Of a stretch of DNA of 32,000 bases, positions 9,651 through 18,104 are shown piece by piece. The position numbers and the translations under genes were made by a program. Origin of the DNA: Promethearchaeum syntrophicum (GTDB lineage Archaea > Asgardarchaeota > Lokiarchaeia > Sigyniarchaeales > Promethearchaeaceae); the NCBI RefSeq assembly GCF_008000775.2, contig NZ_CP042905.2:2190001-2222000 (forward strand). The letters run 5' to 3'. Under the pieces are notes generated by a model. That model saw only the letters and a list, made by a program, of their open reading frames with translations, had not been told where the DNA came from and made no database searches. Every line of letters begins with the position of its first letter. Position 1 is the first letter of the stretch.

Positions 9651-10123
9651 AACTCCTCCTCAATGGTTGTAAACGAGATTATCAAATCGTACAAACCAAT
9701 TATTAAATTCAATCCTATTACTCCCATAGAGATGTAGACCATAGTTTCAAAGTTTAAAGAGAAAATAGCAAATACAAAACCCAAATCCAATGACACTGCA
9801 ATATCTAATGCACCTGAAAACCGATATAAATATAGATAAATTGCATTTGCGAAAATTAAAATAATCTCAAAGATTGCTTTCCGATTTGAGTATTTTGGCG
9901 AAGATGCTTTTGTAAAGGATAAGCTCGCAGTTATTGAACCCATAGCAACAATCCAGAATATTATAATATCGACTTTAGCTTCTGTATAACCAAGATCTAT
10001 AAACGTTGTCTCTGCATTTTGTAAAATTGAGCGAAAAATATACCATGGGATAAGGATCTTCGTAATTACATTGCTTAAAGCAGCACCAAATCCTTTTAAT
10101 AAGTTCTTCATTTTTGAATCCAT
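9647..10123 (-). CDS. Multi-pass membrane protein, hypothetical
   Basis: Four or so hydrophobic segments; probable operon with 9372..9650 and 10144..10803. Confidence 0.6.
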   Translation of the reverse strand: MDSKMKNLLKGFGAALSNVITKILIPWYIFRSILQNAETTFIDLGYTEAKVDIIIFWIVAMGSITASLSFTKASSPKYSNRKAIFEIILIFANAIYLYLYRFSGALDIAVSLDLGFVFAIFSLNFETMVYISMGVIGLNLIIGLYDLIISFTTIEEEL

Positions 10124-10143
10124 TTTATATTCTCCTCCGATTA

Positions 10144-10803
10144 TCAGAGTCCGTAATCATCCTTCAAATTTTGTTTGTACTGGCTATAGCTTATACTAAA
10201 ATAATCATCATATGCTATAGAAAACTCAAGATCTAATCCAAAATCAATCAATCCTAAATTATATTTTGAGGCTATTGATAAAGTTACGTTAATATCATAG
10301 TTATTCAAGATATAAGGAAAGCTTAATGGTCTTAGCAAGGGTTCAAGACTTGAATTGGTTGCAATTAGCGCATCTACTTCAGGATCATTCCAAGTCCCTC
10401 CCATATCACCCAATAAACTCTGATTATTAAAAAATTCTCCCGTTGCCACAAGATCTATCATATATGAGTTCTTCCCTTCTAGAGTATTTTGATATATCTC
10501 CCTATCCAAAAAGATAATTTGATCAGCAGACGACTTATTTTCCATATCAATTTTTAGAGATACCGTAAAATTCTCAAAGGCAAAATAACCATCGTTGGTA
10601 AAATTAAATGAAAGCGAGATATTGTTACCTGACGCTCCAAAATTTGCTTGAATATCACTTTCATTTATTTGAAAATTATTTTCTATATCACTAGCGATTA
10701 ATACAATCGAAATTCCCCCAACAATTGAAGTTAGAGCCACCGATAAAGTAATAAATGCGATCACAATTTTCATTATGAGCCTTACTATTTTCTGCCAAGC
10801 CAT
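10144..10803 (-). CDS. Membrane-anchored protein with N-terminal signal/TM segment, hypothetical
   Basis: N-terminal hydrophobic helix (IVMKIVIAFITLSVALTSIVGGISIVLIA) followed by a beta-rich, Asn-rich extracytoplasmic region. Confidence 0.6.
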   Translation of the reverse strand: MAWQKIVRLIMKIVIAFITLSVALTSIVGGISIVLIASDIENNFQINESDIQANFGASGNNISLSFNFTNDGYFAFENFTVSLKIDMENKSSADQIIFLDREIYQNTLEGKNSYMIDLVATGEFFNNQSLLGDMGGTWNDPEVDALIATNSSLEPLLRPLSFPYILNNYDINVTLSIASKYNLGLIDFGLDLEFSIAYDDYFSISYSQYKQNLKDDYGL

Positions 10804-11198
10804 ATTTTTTCTGCCAAGCCCTGTTAATTTGACAAATCTAAAGAAATTATTATTTTATTGATAGATTTAACCTTAATTATAAGATATAACATCTGTATAT
10901 TACATTAAAAAACTCAAAATTACAATATCCATAATTATCCTAATTCTTTCTCATCCCCCCTAATTCATATTATCTTCATAGAAATCTTACTCACAAGTAG
11001 GACATACTGAAAGAAAAATGAATTTTTTTTTTCTTTTACCTCCATTTTTTTTTCAGACTTTAATTATGATCTATATATCTGTAAATTGACCAATTTGATA
11101 CTTTTCTTTAATATTGTTACCGTACTCTTCAAATAGATACGTAAAATCCGATATTTAAAATTCGGTAATTTAAAATCCTTTGTTACATTTGGTTAAAC

Positions 11199-11396
11199 AT
11201 GCAAAATTCATTTTCTGACATTATTTTACCACAAAGTATGAAAAATACTTATAAATGTGATTACTGTGAGAAAACCCTTCCTAAACGCTATTTCGTTCAT
11301 AAGAATATTGGTCAAGAAGTTCCAGAGCACAGATTCTGCTCAAAAGAATGTAAAACAAATTGGTGTTCCGATCTCTCGAAAAAGAGTGCAAAATAA
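11199..11396 (+). CDS. Small treble-clef zinc finger protein (MYM/TRASH-like)
   Basis: YKCDYCEKTLPKRYFVHKN...HRFCSKECKTNW: CxxC...CxxxC arrangement. Confidence 0.6.
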   Translation: MQNSFSDIILPQSMKNTYKCDYCEKTLPKRYFVHKNIGQEVPEHRFCSKECKTNWCSDLSKKSAK

Positions 11397-11435
11397 TGTT
11401 CTTTAGGTAAACCCACAGTTTTTTTTATAATTATT

Positions 11436-12347
11436 CTATTTCTCTGATTCCTTATTATATGTAAGTAAAAGTCTTGTTAATTCTTTCAAAATTCCTAGCT
11501 GTTGCAATTGATCCCACCTTGAGAAAAGGATAGGAAGAAATTCCCTGCATTGAATGTCATACCAAGTTTTTTCATTAACGTATTCTTTAATAGTCTCGTT
11601 ATAATGTCGAATTATACTATAAAAGAAACTTTTCATATAAGTTGGTTCTAAACCTAATGTTTCTTTATTTACTAAGGAATCACCACTCGATGTATCAAAA
11701 ATGATAATCCCTTTAGTTAAATCAACCATCGGAATATATAATTTAAGTATTTTAAATGCTTCAGGATTCACACGATATTCATCCCACTCCCAGAAGAGAG
11801 GTGTGTATTCGTTTATTTCTCTCAATATGTGAAGATAAGCTTTCTTTTTGAAATATGTCCGGATAATCTTAATATATTTAATAAGAATTTGCTGAAAAAG
11901 CCCTAACATATCTAAAAGGGTTCCTATAGTTCGTGATTCACTGACTAATTCCCATTCTTTTCTAAGAGATCGTAAGGTAATTTTAAATTTTTCAAAAAAT
12001 TGAAGATTTGCGGCGCCATCTTCCCAATATTTTAGATCAATATGGTATTTAATCACAAATAATTTTAATACAATTTCTAACTGCGAACGCATTACCTTGC
12101 TATTCTGCTCTTTAGCATCTGCAGCTATAAGAAGAAGATTATGTTTTGAAGAAATCACGTAAGTCCAACGCATATCATGCATTTCAATGCTCTGGATGCC
12201 TTGTTCTTGAATTTCAACTTCCGAGAAATTATTTAACGCGGCCAACAAACCTGATACAATAATCGCTCGAAAGGGAGCATTATCAAATGAATGATAAAAT
12301 AACATGGTGGAAGAATCTTTCTTTATTATCCAAATATGCTTCATCAA
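11436..12347 (-). CDS. Longin-like domain protein, paralog 1
   Basis: MMKHIWIIKKDSSTMLFYHSF...VSGLLAALNNFSEVEIQEQGIQSIEMHDMRWTYV...LLLIAAD...MRSQLEIVLKLFV; alignable by eye with the ORFs at 21727 and 25396. Strand pattern b-b-a-b-b-b-a fits a longin fold. Confidence 0.7.
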   Translation of the reverse strand: MMKHIWIIKKDSSTMLFYHSFDNAPFRAIIVSGLLAALNNFSEVEIQEQGIQSIEMHDMRWTYVISSKHNLLLIAADAKEQNSKVMRSQLEIVLKLFVIKYHIDLKYWEDGAANLQFFEKFKITLRSLRKEWELVSESRTIGTLLDMLGLFQQILIKYIKIIRTYFKKKAYLHILREINEYTPLFWEWDEYRVNPEAFKILKLYIPMVDLTKGIIIFDTSSGDSLVNKETLGLEPTYMKSFFYSIIRHYNETIKEYVNEKTWYDIQCREFLPILFSRWDQLQQLGILKELTRLLLTYNKESEK

Positions 12348-12635
12348 TTTTCCCCTGCTATAGCTTATTATTCCTTGTTATTTATCAAACAAAAAAAACA
12401 TTACTTTTCAAAAATAAGATGTTTTATAAGACAAAATTATTAATACTTATCGGAGGAATTTGATAAAAATTGTGATGACTATTTATAACCTAATTTCATT
12501 GTTCTAAAGCGTGAAAAACTTGATTATTATTTTTTTTATAAAAGATTGTAGAAGTTTATTAATTATCTATTTGAAATTTTATCATTTTTTCTTAATTCTG
12601 TTGGGGGATTATTTTTAAATAGAAATGAATAATTA

Positions 12636-13475
12636 TTGATTATGTCATCTACAACGACAGAAAATGTTTTTGAAAAAATAACTTATACAGATGGTACAGA
12701 ATCACCCGCAGATTTTGGAAAAATTGTTCGGTTCAACTTAATCATGGGGATTTTGCATTTTGTACAAGCTACTTTAATGCTTATAATGGGATTTGCTTTA
12801 GAAAATTTAAAAAATTTTCAAGCTTCAATTTATATTTTAGAAGTAGATTATCCATTTTTCGCATTATCTGACGAACCCTTTTTAATATTAAAAAGTGTTG
12901 GACCTATAATTGCCTCCTTTTTATATTTCTCTGCAATTGCTCATTTCTTATTAGCGGGCCCTTTGAAAAAATCTTATAAAAAGAATTTAGAGAAAAAAAT
13001 GAACCCCCTTCGTTGGTTTGAATATGCATTTTCAAGTTCAATTATGATTTTCTTTATTGCAGTATTATTTGGGGTGAAAGAATTCTGGATATTATTTTTA
13101 ATCTTCATTAGTAATGCTCTAATGAACTTGTTTGGTCACATGATGGAATTACATAACCAATATACAAAGAAAACAAACTGGACAGGGTATATTTATGGTT
13201 GGATTGCAGGTTTGGTTCCTTGGGTAGTGATTACTGCTGTATTCGTGTCAGCTATGCAAGTTGAAGGCGTTCCTTGGTTTGTTCCCTATATATATGGATT
13301 TGAAGTGTTATTATTCATGTCATTTGCTTTTAATATGCTTTTACAATATCTAAAAGTTGGACCTTGGAAAGATTATGTTCACGGAGAAAGAGTATATATA
13401 ATATTAAGTCTGATTGCTAAAACTCTTTTGGCATGGTTTGTTTTTGCAGGTGTGTTACAACCCGGAGAAATGTAA
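12636..13475 (+). CDS. Heliorhodopsin
   Basis: Diagnostic family motifs RWFEYAFSSSIMI, NALMNLFGHMMELHNQ, WIAGLVPW, FAFNMLLQY..GPWKDYVHGERVYIILSLIAKTLLAWFVFAGVLQP (Schiff-base Lys in TM7, Glu counterion in RWFEY); seven hydrophobic helices. Confidence 0.93.
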   Translation: MIMSSTTTENVFEKITYTDGTESPADFGKIVRFNLIMGILHFVQATLMLIMGFALENLKNFQASIYILEVDYPFFALSDEPFLILKSVGPIIASFLYFSAIAHFLLAGPLKKSYKKNLEKKMNPLRWFEYAFSSSIMIFFIAVLFGVKEFWILFLIFISNALMNLFGHMMELHNQYTKKTNWTGYIYGWIAGLVPWVVITAVFVSAMQVEGVPWFVPYIYGFEVLLFMSFAFNMLLQYLKVGPWKDYVHGERVYIILSLIAKTLLAWFVFAGVLQPGEM

Positions 13476-13580
13476 TATCAAGCAAGAGAAATACGGAAAG
13501 AAGGTTTTTTTTCTTTTTTAATTTAATAATATAATCAAAACTATTTTAAATCCAATAATCAATTATTAGATGAACATCTT

Positions 13581-14057
13581 ATGAAGGATAAATTTGGAAT
13601 TGTAGGATCAAAATTGGATGATTTTGAGTTACCTACATCGCGTAATACTATGTTTTCTTCTCTAAGTATGAGAACGAAAGCAAATCTTGTGATAGTTCTT
13701 TTACGAGATATTCATTGACCTTATTGTCGTGCGCATTTAGGAAGATTAGCTATGGCTTATGAGAGATTTCAAGCTTTGAAGACAGAAATTATTCCCATTT
13801 TAGTAGATAACTTGAAAAACGTTCAAAAAATGGAATCGAAATATGCTAAGGGAAAATTCCCGATTCTCTATGATGAAAAAAATTTTGTAGCCAAAAAGTT
13901 GCACCAAGAAGTAAAATTGTTAAAATTGGGGCGTCTTCCAGGAATGTTAATTGTGGATAAGCAAGGATTAGTCCAATATGCATATTATGGAGATAATATG
14001 GCTGATATTCCTAAGAATCGTGATGTCTTAGAAATATTAGCGACAATGCAAAGTTAA
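13581..14057 (+). CDS. Peroxiredoxin-like (AhpC/TSA, thioredoxin-fold) selenoprotein candidate; in-frame TGA at 13716..13718 read as Sec
   Basis: Manual translation from ATG 13581: MKDKFGIVGSKLDDFELPTSRNTMFSSLSMRTKANLVIVLLRDIH-U-PYCRAHLGRLAMAYERFQALKTEIIPILVDN...KFPILYDEKNFVAKKLHQEV...LGRLPGMLIVDKQGLVQYAYYG. One TGA in the same frame as the tracked ORF 13752..14057, placed at the first Cys of the CPYC active-site motif. Confidence 0.85.
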
Positions 14058-14061
14058 TGAT

Positions 14062-14124
14062 TCAAACATAGAATATAATGTAAACCTATGGATTATATTC
14101 ACAAGGTGTGCCCTCACCGTTTGA
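14062..14124 (+). promoter_or_regulatory. Structured 3'-UTR element downstream of the selenoprotein candidate (possible SECIS, unproven)
   Basis: Outer pair TCAAAC 14062-14067 / GTTTGA 14119-14124; perfect 9-bp hairpin GAATATAAT 14071-14079 / ATTATATTC 14092-14100 with 12-nt loop GTAAACCTATGG; small hairpin GGTG 14105-14108 / CACC 14115-14118; followed by a T-rich run. Confidence 0.35.
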
Positions 14125-14222
14125 TTTTTTTTCTTACTTTTCAGAAAGGCAGGGTTTTCAATTCATAGATTAAGTTTTAAATAAATAGGAAAAAAAATTG
14201 AATTAGATCTGTGTTATTTTAT

Positions 14223-14714
14223 CTATTCGTTAATTATCTCGAAGATCATCTTGTCTATTATAGCTTTCTTCGTTTCTCGTTTATCAAAATACCATCCCAC
14301 GATATTGTCCGGCGTGATAACTACCATTACTCCTGTCGTTAGGTAATTGAGAATCTTCAAATCAACTTCGTGTAAATTTTCTTTACCATTTGGATGAGTG
14401 TGAAACTGATAGATAATGTCAATGTTTCGTTCTTCCTTTAGCTTACGCATATAATATAATTTATGCTTTTTCATGCGCATCCAACTTTTTGGGCGTACAT
14501 GTGAGTCGGCTGGGTCTTTGGTGACATCATAACCATTTATAATGGCGAAGTTGTTCTTTCTGTCTGCAAACATCCACCCTGCGACAATTCGATTCTTGTC
14601 TTTATGCCCATCTTTAGCTAGTTGCGTTAGTTCAACGAAAATTGCCTCTGGAATCAAATAACGAAAATCTATACTGGCCATGTTTTTTATCTCCAATGAT
14701 AAATAAAAACACAT
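14223..14714 (-). CDS. JAB/MPN (JAMM)-fold protein
   Basis: YQFHTHPNGKENLHEVDLKILNYLTTGVMVVITPDNIVGWYF: HxHP...D pattern followed by the typical MPN beta strand. The canonical Ser is His, and no Glu sits at the usual upstream position (RIVAGWMF). Likely start at the MASIDF Met, about 14681. Confidence 0.75.
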   Translation of the reverse strand: MCFYLSLEIKNMASIDFRYLIPEAIFVELTQLAKDGHKDKNRIVAGWMFADRKNNFAIINGYDVTKDPADSHVRPKSWMRMKKHKLYYMRKLKEERNIDIIYQFHTHPNGKENLHEVDLKILNYLTTGVMVVITPDNIVGWYFDKRETKKAIIDKMIFEIINE

Positions 14715-14799
14715 TAGTTTTGAATATTTCGAATATTACTCTATTGGGGAGTTTAAGTGAAAAAAAAATAAAAAAAAGAACAATTAAAGTAAGAATAAC

Positions 14800-15687
14800 T
14801 TAACGTGTTCTGACTTTTTTCTCTTTAAATGCATTTGACATTAGATTTTGGTTGTAACCTGTTGGAATTTTTCCAGTATCTGCATAAACGAATAATGCGG
14901 TATTATAAACAGAATTGGCAACATTGAAAATCAATGATAACACAATAAGGTATACAATAAATACTCCAACTGCAAGAACAATGCTCCAAAAATCCATGGT
15001 TGGATAAAGTAAGAAACCTAATGCTGTCGCTATTGCTGCACCGGGTATTAGCAAGAGGAATTGAATTAAACCCATACCATAATGTCGGACTATACTTTCA
15101 CCCCAAGTCTTGGAAAGTGTATTAATTGACTTTTTAATTGCGGCTTTCGGTCCAAGCCCATAATAAACCATCCCTGGAACTACAAAGATCGTGACGATAT
15201 TCCATACCATACCGATGATTCCCCGTAAAAATCTGACAAGAACTTCGCCAACATTTCCTAAATTTTGAGCAAATTGTTCAAGGACATATAATAAAAGCCC
15301 AACAGTGGCAGACAACAAACTCCAGGCAAAAATTAGATGGAATTTTTTGAATGCAAATGCCAAACTGCTCCCTAAGGTAGCATTTCCCCCTTCAAATCGT
15401 GTCTTGACAGTATATACAACGCAAACATTGAAAAATGTAGCGATTAAAGCCAATCCCAGATAAGTAACAAAAACAATAAGGTATTCAATCAATCCAAATG
15501 CGGTAGTCATATCATCTGGAATACCAGTTTCAATCCAACTAAAAAAAATTGTTGGAAATAGAATTGCGAAGGAGAATAACATCGAAAAAATTGCTGCTAA
15601 GAACGGATAAATCAATAACTCTTTATCTTTACTTATAACCCTAAAGGAAATTTTGGTTATTTCCCATGATCTACTAAAAACACCCAT
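14800..15687 (-). CDS. Polytopic membrane protein, DUF6159-like
   Basis: FSRSWEITKISFRVISKDKELLIYPFLAAI opening and at least five hydrophobic segments. Confidence 0.7.
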   Translation of the reverse strand: MGVFSRSWEITKISFRVISKDKELLIYPFLAAIFSMLFSFAILFPTIFFSWIETGIPDDMTTAFGLIEYLIVFVTYLGLALIATFFNVCVVYTVKTRFEGGNATLGSSLAFAFKKFHLIFAWSLLSATVGLLLYVLEQFAQNLGNVGEVLVRFLRGIIGMVWNIVTIFVVPGMVYYGLGPKAAIKKSINTLSKTWGESIVRHYGMGLIQFLLLIPGAAIATALGFLLYPTMDFWSIVLAVGVFIVYLIVLSLIFNVANSVYNTALFVYADTGKIPTGYNQNLMSNAFKEKKVRTR

Positions 15688-15921
15688 TTTTAAATCATTT
15701 ATTATATTGAATTTCTCCTATAAATATCTTTTTGGTATAGGTTATTCAATTCAAGTTAGCTAATCCTTTTCAGACATTTTAGATTTTCATTTTGATATAA
15801 ATGCGTGGTAAGAATGGTTTCGAAAATAAAAGAACTCAAAAACTTAAAAATTTAAAATAGTTCCAGAAGAATATTATTTAATCAACACATTATTTGATTA
15901 ATTAAATAAACAGTTAAAATA

Positions 15922-16938
15922 GTGAAAATGATGGTAAGAAGACGGTATGATGGTATGCAAGCTGATGTTCCCACTTTTAGGAATGTGGAGCCCCATGTCA
16001 TGAAAACTCGGAATGAATCAGTGGGATTATTTAACACTCAATTTGACCTCACTAAAACCCTACCTTTTATCGAAGAATATAATCAAAAGAATAATCTCGA
16101 TAGAAAGCAAAGATTAACATTTTTCCAAGTGTTTCTCTGTGCGATGACACGAACTTTTTTGTATCATCCACATTTGAACAGATTTATTCTTGGAAGAAGG
16201 TATTGGCAGAGAAATAGATTAAATTTCTCATTTGTAGTTAAAAAACAATTAAAAACTTATGCAAAAGAGACATTTGCAAAAATGGATTTTGATCCTTTGA
16301 GCACAATTGAAGATGTTCGCCAATTATATCATAATTATATCAATAAATCCAGATCGAGCAAAGGAAATGAGACAGAAGCAGAAATTGATTTTTTTGGATC
16401 TCTTCCCCGCTGGGTTTTGATGATTGCTATGAAGGTAGTTAAATTTCTTGATTTTTTTAATATATTACCTCCAAAAATGATGATTGAACCAGATCCGATG
16501 TATGTAAGTGCAACTTTAGCAAATTTGGGAAGTGTCGGTATTCAAGGTCAGGTTATACACCATATCTTTGAATGGGGAAATTCCAGTTGGTTTATTTGTG
16601 TAAATAAGATACATAAACAAGTTGTTGCAACCGAAGAGGGAGAAATAAAGGTAATTGATGTGGTAGATGTTGGAATAAATCTGGATGAACGTATCAGTGA
16701 GGGTATGTATTATATGAATGGTCTAAAAACCATGAAGAAATTTATCGAAAATCCCGAGTTAATGCTTGAAAAGCCTGAGGTAACACAAGATCAGATTGAT
16801 GATATGATGTTAAATGATCCTCGGGATAAAAAAAATTATAAAAAGCGTCAAAAGTATTTAGAAAAACGTCAAAAAGAGAAAAAGAAAGAACGAGAACGAA
16901 AAGCAAAAGAAAGATTAAAAGCTGAGAAGAACGCTTAG
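15922..16938 (+). CDS. 2-oxoacid dehydrogenase E2-type acyltransferase catalytic-domain protein (no lipoyl domain)
   Basis: MKTRNESVGLFNTQFDLTKTLPFIEEYNQKN...HPHLNRFILGRRYWQRNRLNFSFVVKKQ...DPMYVSATLANLGSVGIQGQVIHHIFEWGNSSWFICVNKI...DERISEGMYYMNGL; highly charged C-terminal tail. Confidence 0.8.
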   Translation: MKMMVRRRYDGMQADVPTFRNVEPHVMKTRNESVGLFNTQFDLTKTLPFIEEYNQKNNLDRKQRLTFFQVFLCAMTRTFLYHPHLNRFILGRRYWQRNRLNFSFVVKKQLKTYAKETFAKMDFDPLSTIEDVRQLYHNYINKSRSSKGNETEAEIDFFGSLPRWVLMIAMKVVKFLDFFNILPPKMMIEPDPMYVSATLANLGSVGIQGQVIHHIFEWGNSSWFICVNKIHKQVVATEEGEIKVIDVVDVGINLDERISEGMYYMNGLKTMKKFIENPELMLEKPEVTQDQIDDMMLNDPRDKKNYKKRQKYLEKRQKEKKKERERKAKERLKAEKNA

Positions 16939-17204
16939 ATTTTTTCTATTTTTTTTTTTTTTCAATTTCAATTAAAATTTTTTTTCGTGATGTTCAGAAG
17001 TTATCTAAGCTCCCAAAAAGCCATGGAGTTTAACCACGATTTTTAGTGTGATGGGATAGAATTAATTCCCAACTTAGATCATTTATGAAGTCCATGTTTT
17101 TCTTATTCATTTTTTCATACTATTCAGATCCCCAATACAAAAAATTTTATTAGAAGTACAATTATTTTAAGCGTATTTAGAAATTAAAAAAATGTGCCAT
17201 TATC

Positions 17205-17885
17205 ATGGAAACCAACGATTTCAATAAAAATTTAAACCAAATTGAAGAAATACTCTCAGATTTTATTCAAATTTTTCCAATTCTCATGGGTTTATATAGT
17301 AAAATCAAAATGAACGAAGGATATAAAGAAAAGAAAAATCTTGAACTCTTCGAGAATTTAATTGAATTAAGTATCAAATCTAAAATCATATTGGAAAACT
17401 TTGCCATCAAAAAAGATTTACGATTTGAGCGGTTATTCGATCTAAAAACCATATGGCAAGGTAAAAAACGCGAAGATATGCTATTAATTTTAGAAAAATC
17501 TATGAATTTCTATCCTATAGCAATGCATTATGGTAAAATTCTTGAAAATGAATCAAAATTATCTGAAGATCAATCTTATATTCTTTTAAGAAATATAGTT
17601 TCAATTGGTGAAGATGCACAAATTCCCCAAAAAAGAGATTATGAAACCTATAATTTATTTGGGCAGGTTCAAAGACCAGATCGAAAAACAATAATCCTTA
17701 ATATCAATCCGGAAAATGGTGAGAAGATTTTATCTCTAGAAAAAGCTGATATTCAAGAAGAAGATGGGAATATTTATATTACAATTCCAAAATCTATTGT
17801 TTATGAAAAGGATGAGATTCGGCCGTTTTATGAAAATGATTATAATTATTCAATATTCGTGCTTAAATCAAAGAATAATGATTAG
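17205..17885 (+). CDS. Hypothetical protein; family also represented by a C-terminal fragment at 19793..19993
   Basis: 226-aa ORF; its C-terminal ~63 residues recur in the downstream fragment. Confidence 0.65.
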   Translation: METNDFNKNLNQIEEILSDFIQIFPILMGLYSKIKMNEGYKEKKNLELFENLIELSIKSKIILENFAIKKDLRFERLFDLKTIWQGKKREDMLLILEKSMNFYPIAMHYGKILENESKLSEDQSYILLRNIVSIGEDAQIPQKRDYETYNLFGQVQRPDRKTIILNINPENGEKILSLEKADIQEEDGNIYITIPKSIVYEKDEIRPFYENDYNYSIFVLKSKNND

Positions 17886-18104
17886 AAAAATTAGAAAAAC
17901 CTTTATTAAAATTCATTTTTCTTAAATTGTCAATTCTTTAACGTAAAATTAAATAAATTACACAATTTTCTTTTTTTTTTTCATAAAATAATTTAATTTT
18001 ATCGAGAAAATCATTTATATAATTCTTCAACCATTTTCAGTAAATGTTGATTGATTGGAATTTGGGATTTATTTATTTGAAACCATTGCAAAAGATGGAT
18101 CAAC

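Noticed and set aside
13752-14057. Treating the tracked 101-aa ORF as a complete gene
   Set aside because: It starts mid-domain (MAYERFQALK...). The missing thioredoxin-fold N-terminus is in frame directly upstream of a TGA at the active-site Cys position.
13581-14057. Peroxiredoxin-like gene as a simple pseudogene
   Set aside because: There is only one stop, at the catalytic Cys codon, with no frameshifts and intact flanks, which favours Sec recoding. It is kept as the refutable alternative.
18040-18104. A second Sec candidate upstream of the Fn3-like ORF (in-frame TGA at 18078-18080)
   Set aside because: The sequence before the TGA (LIGIWDLFI) has no domain continuity and no redox motif, and another TGA lies at 18048-18050. 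Nothing supports recoding.
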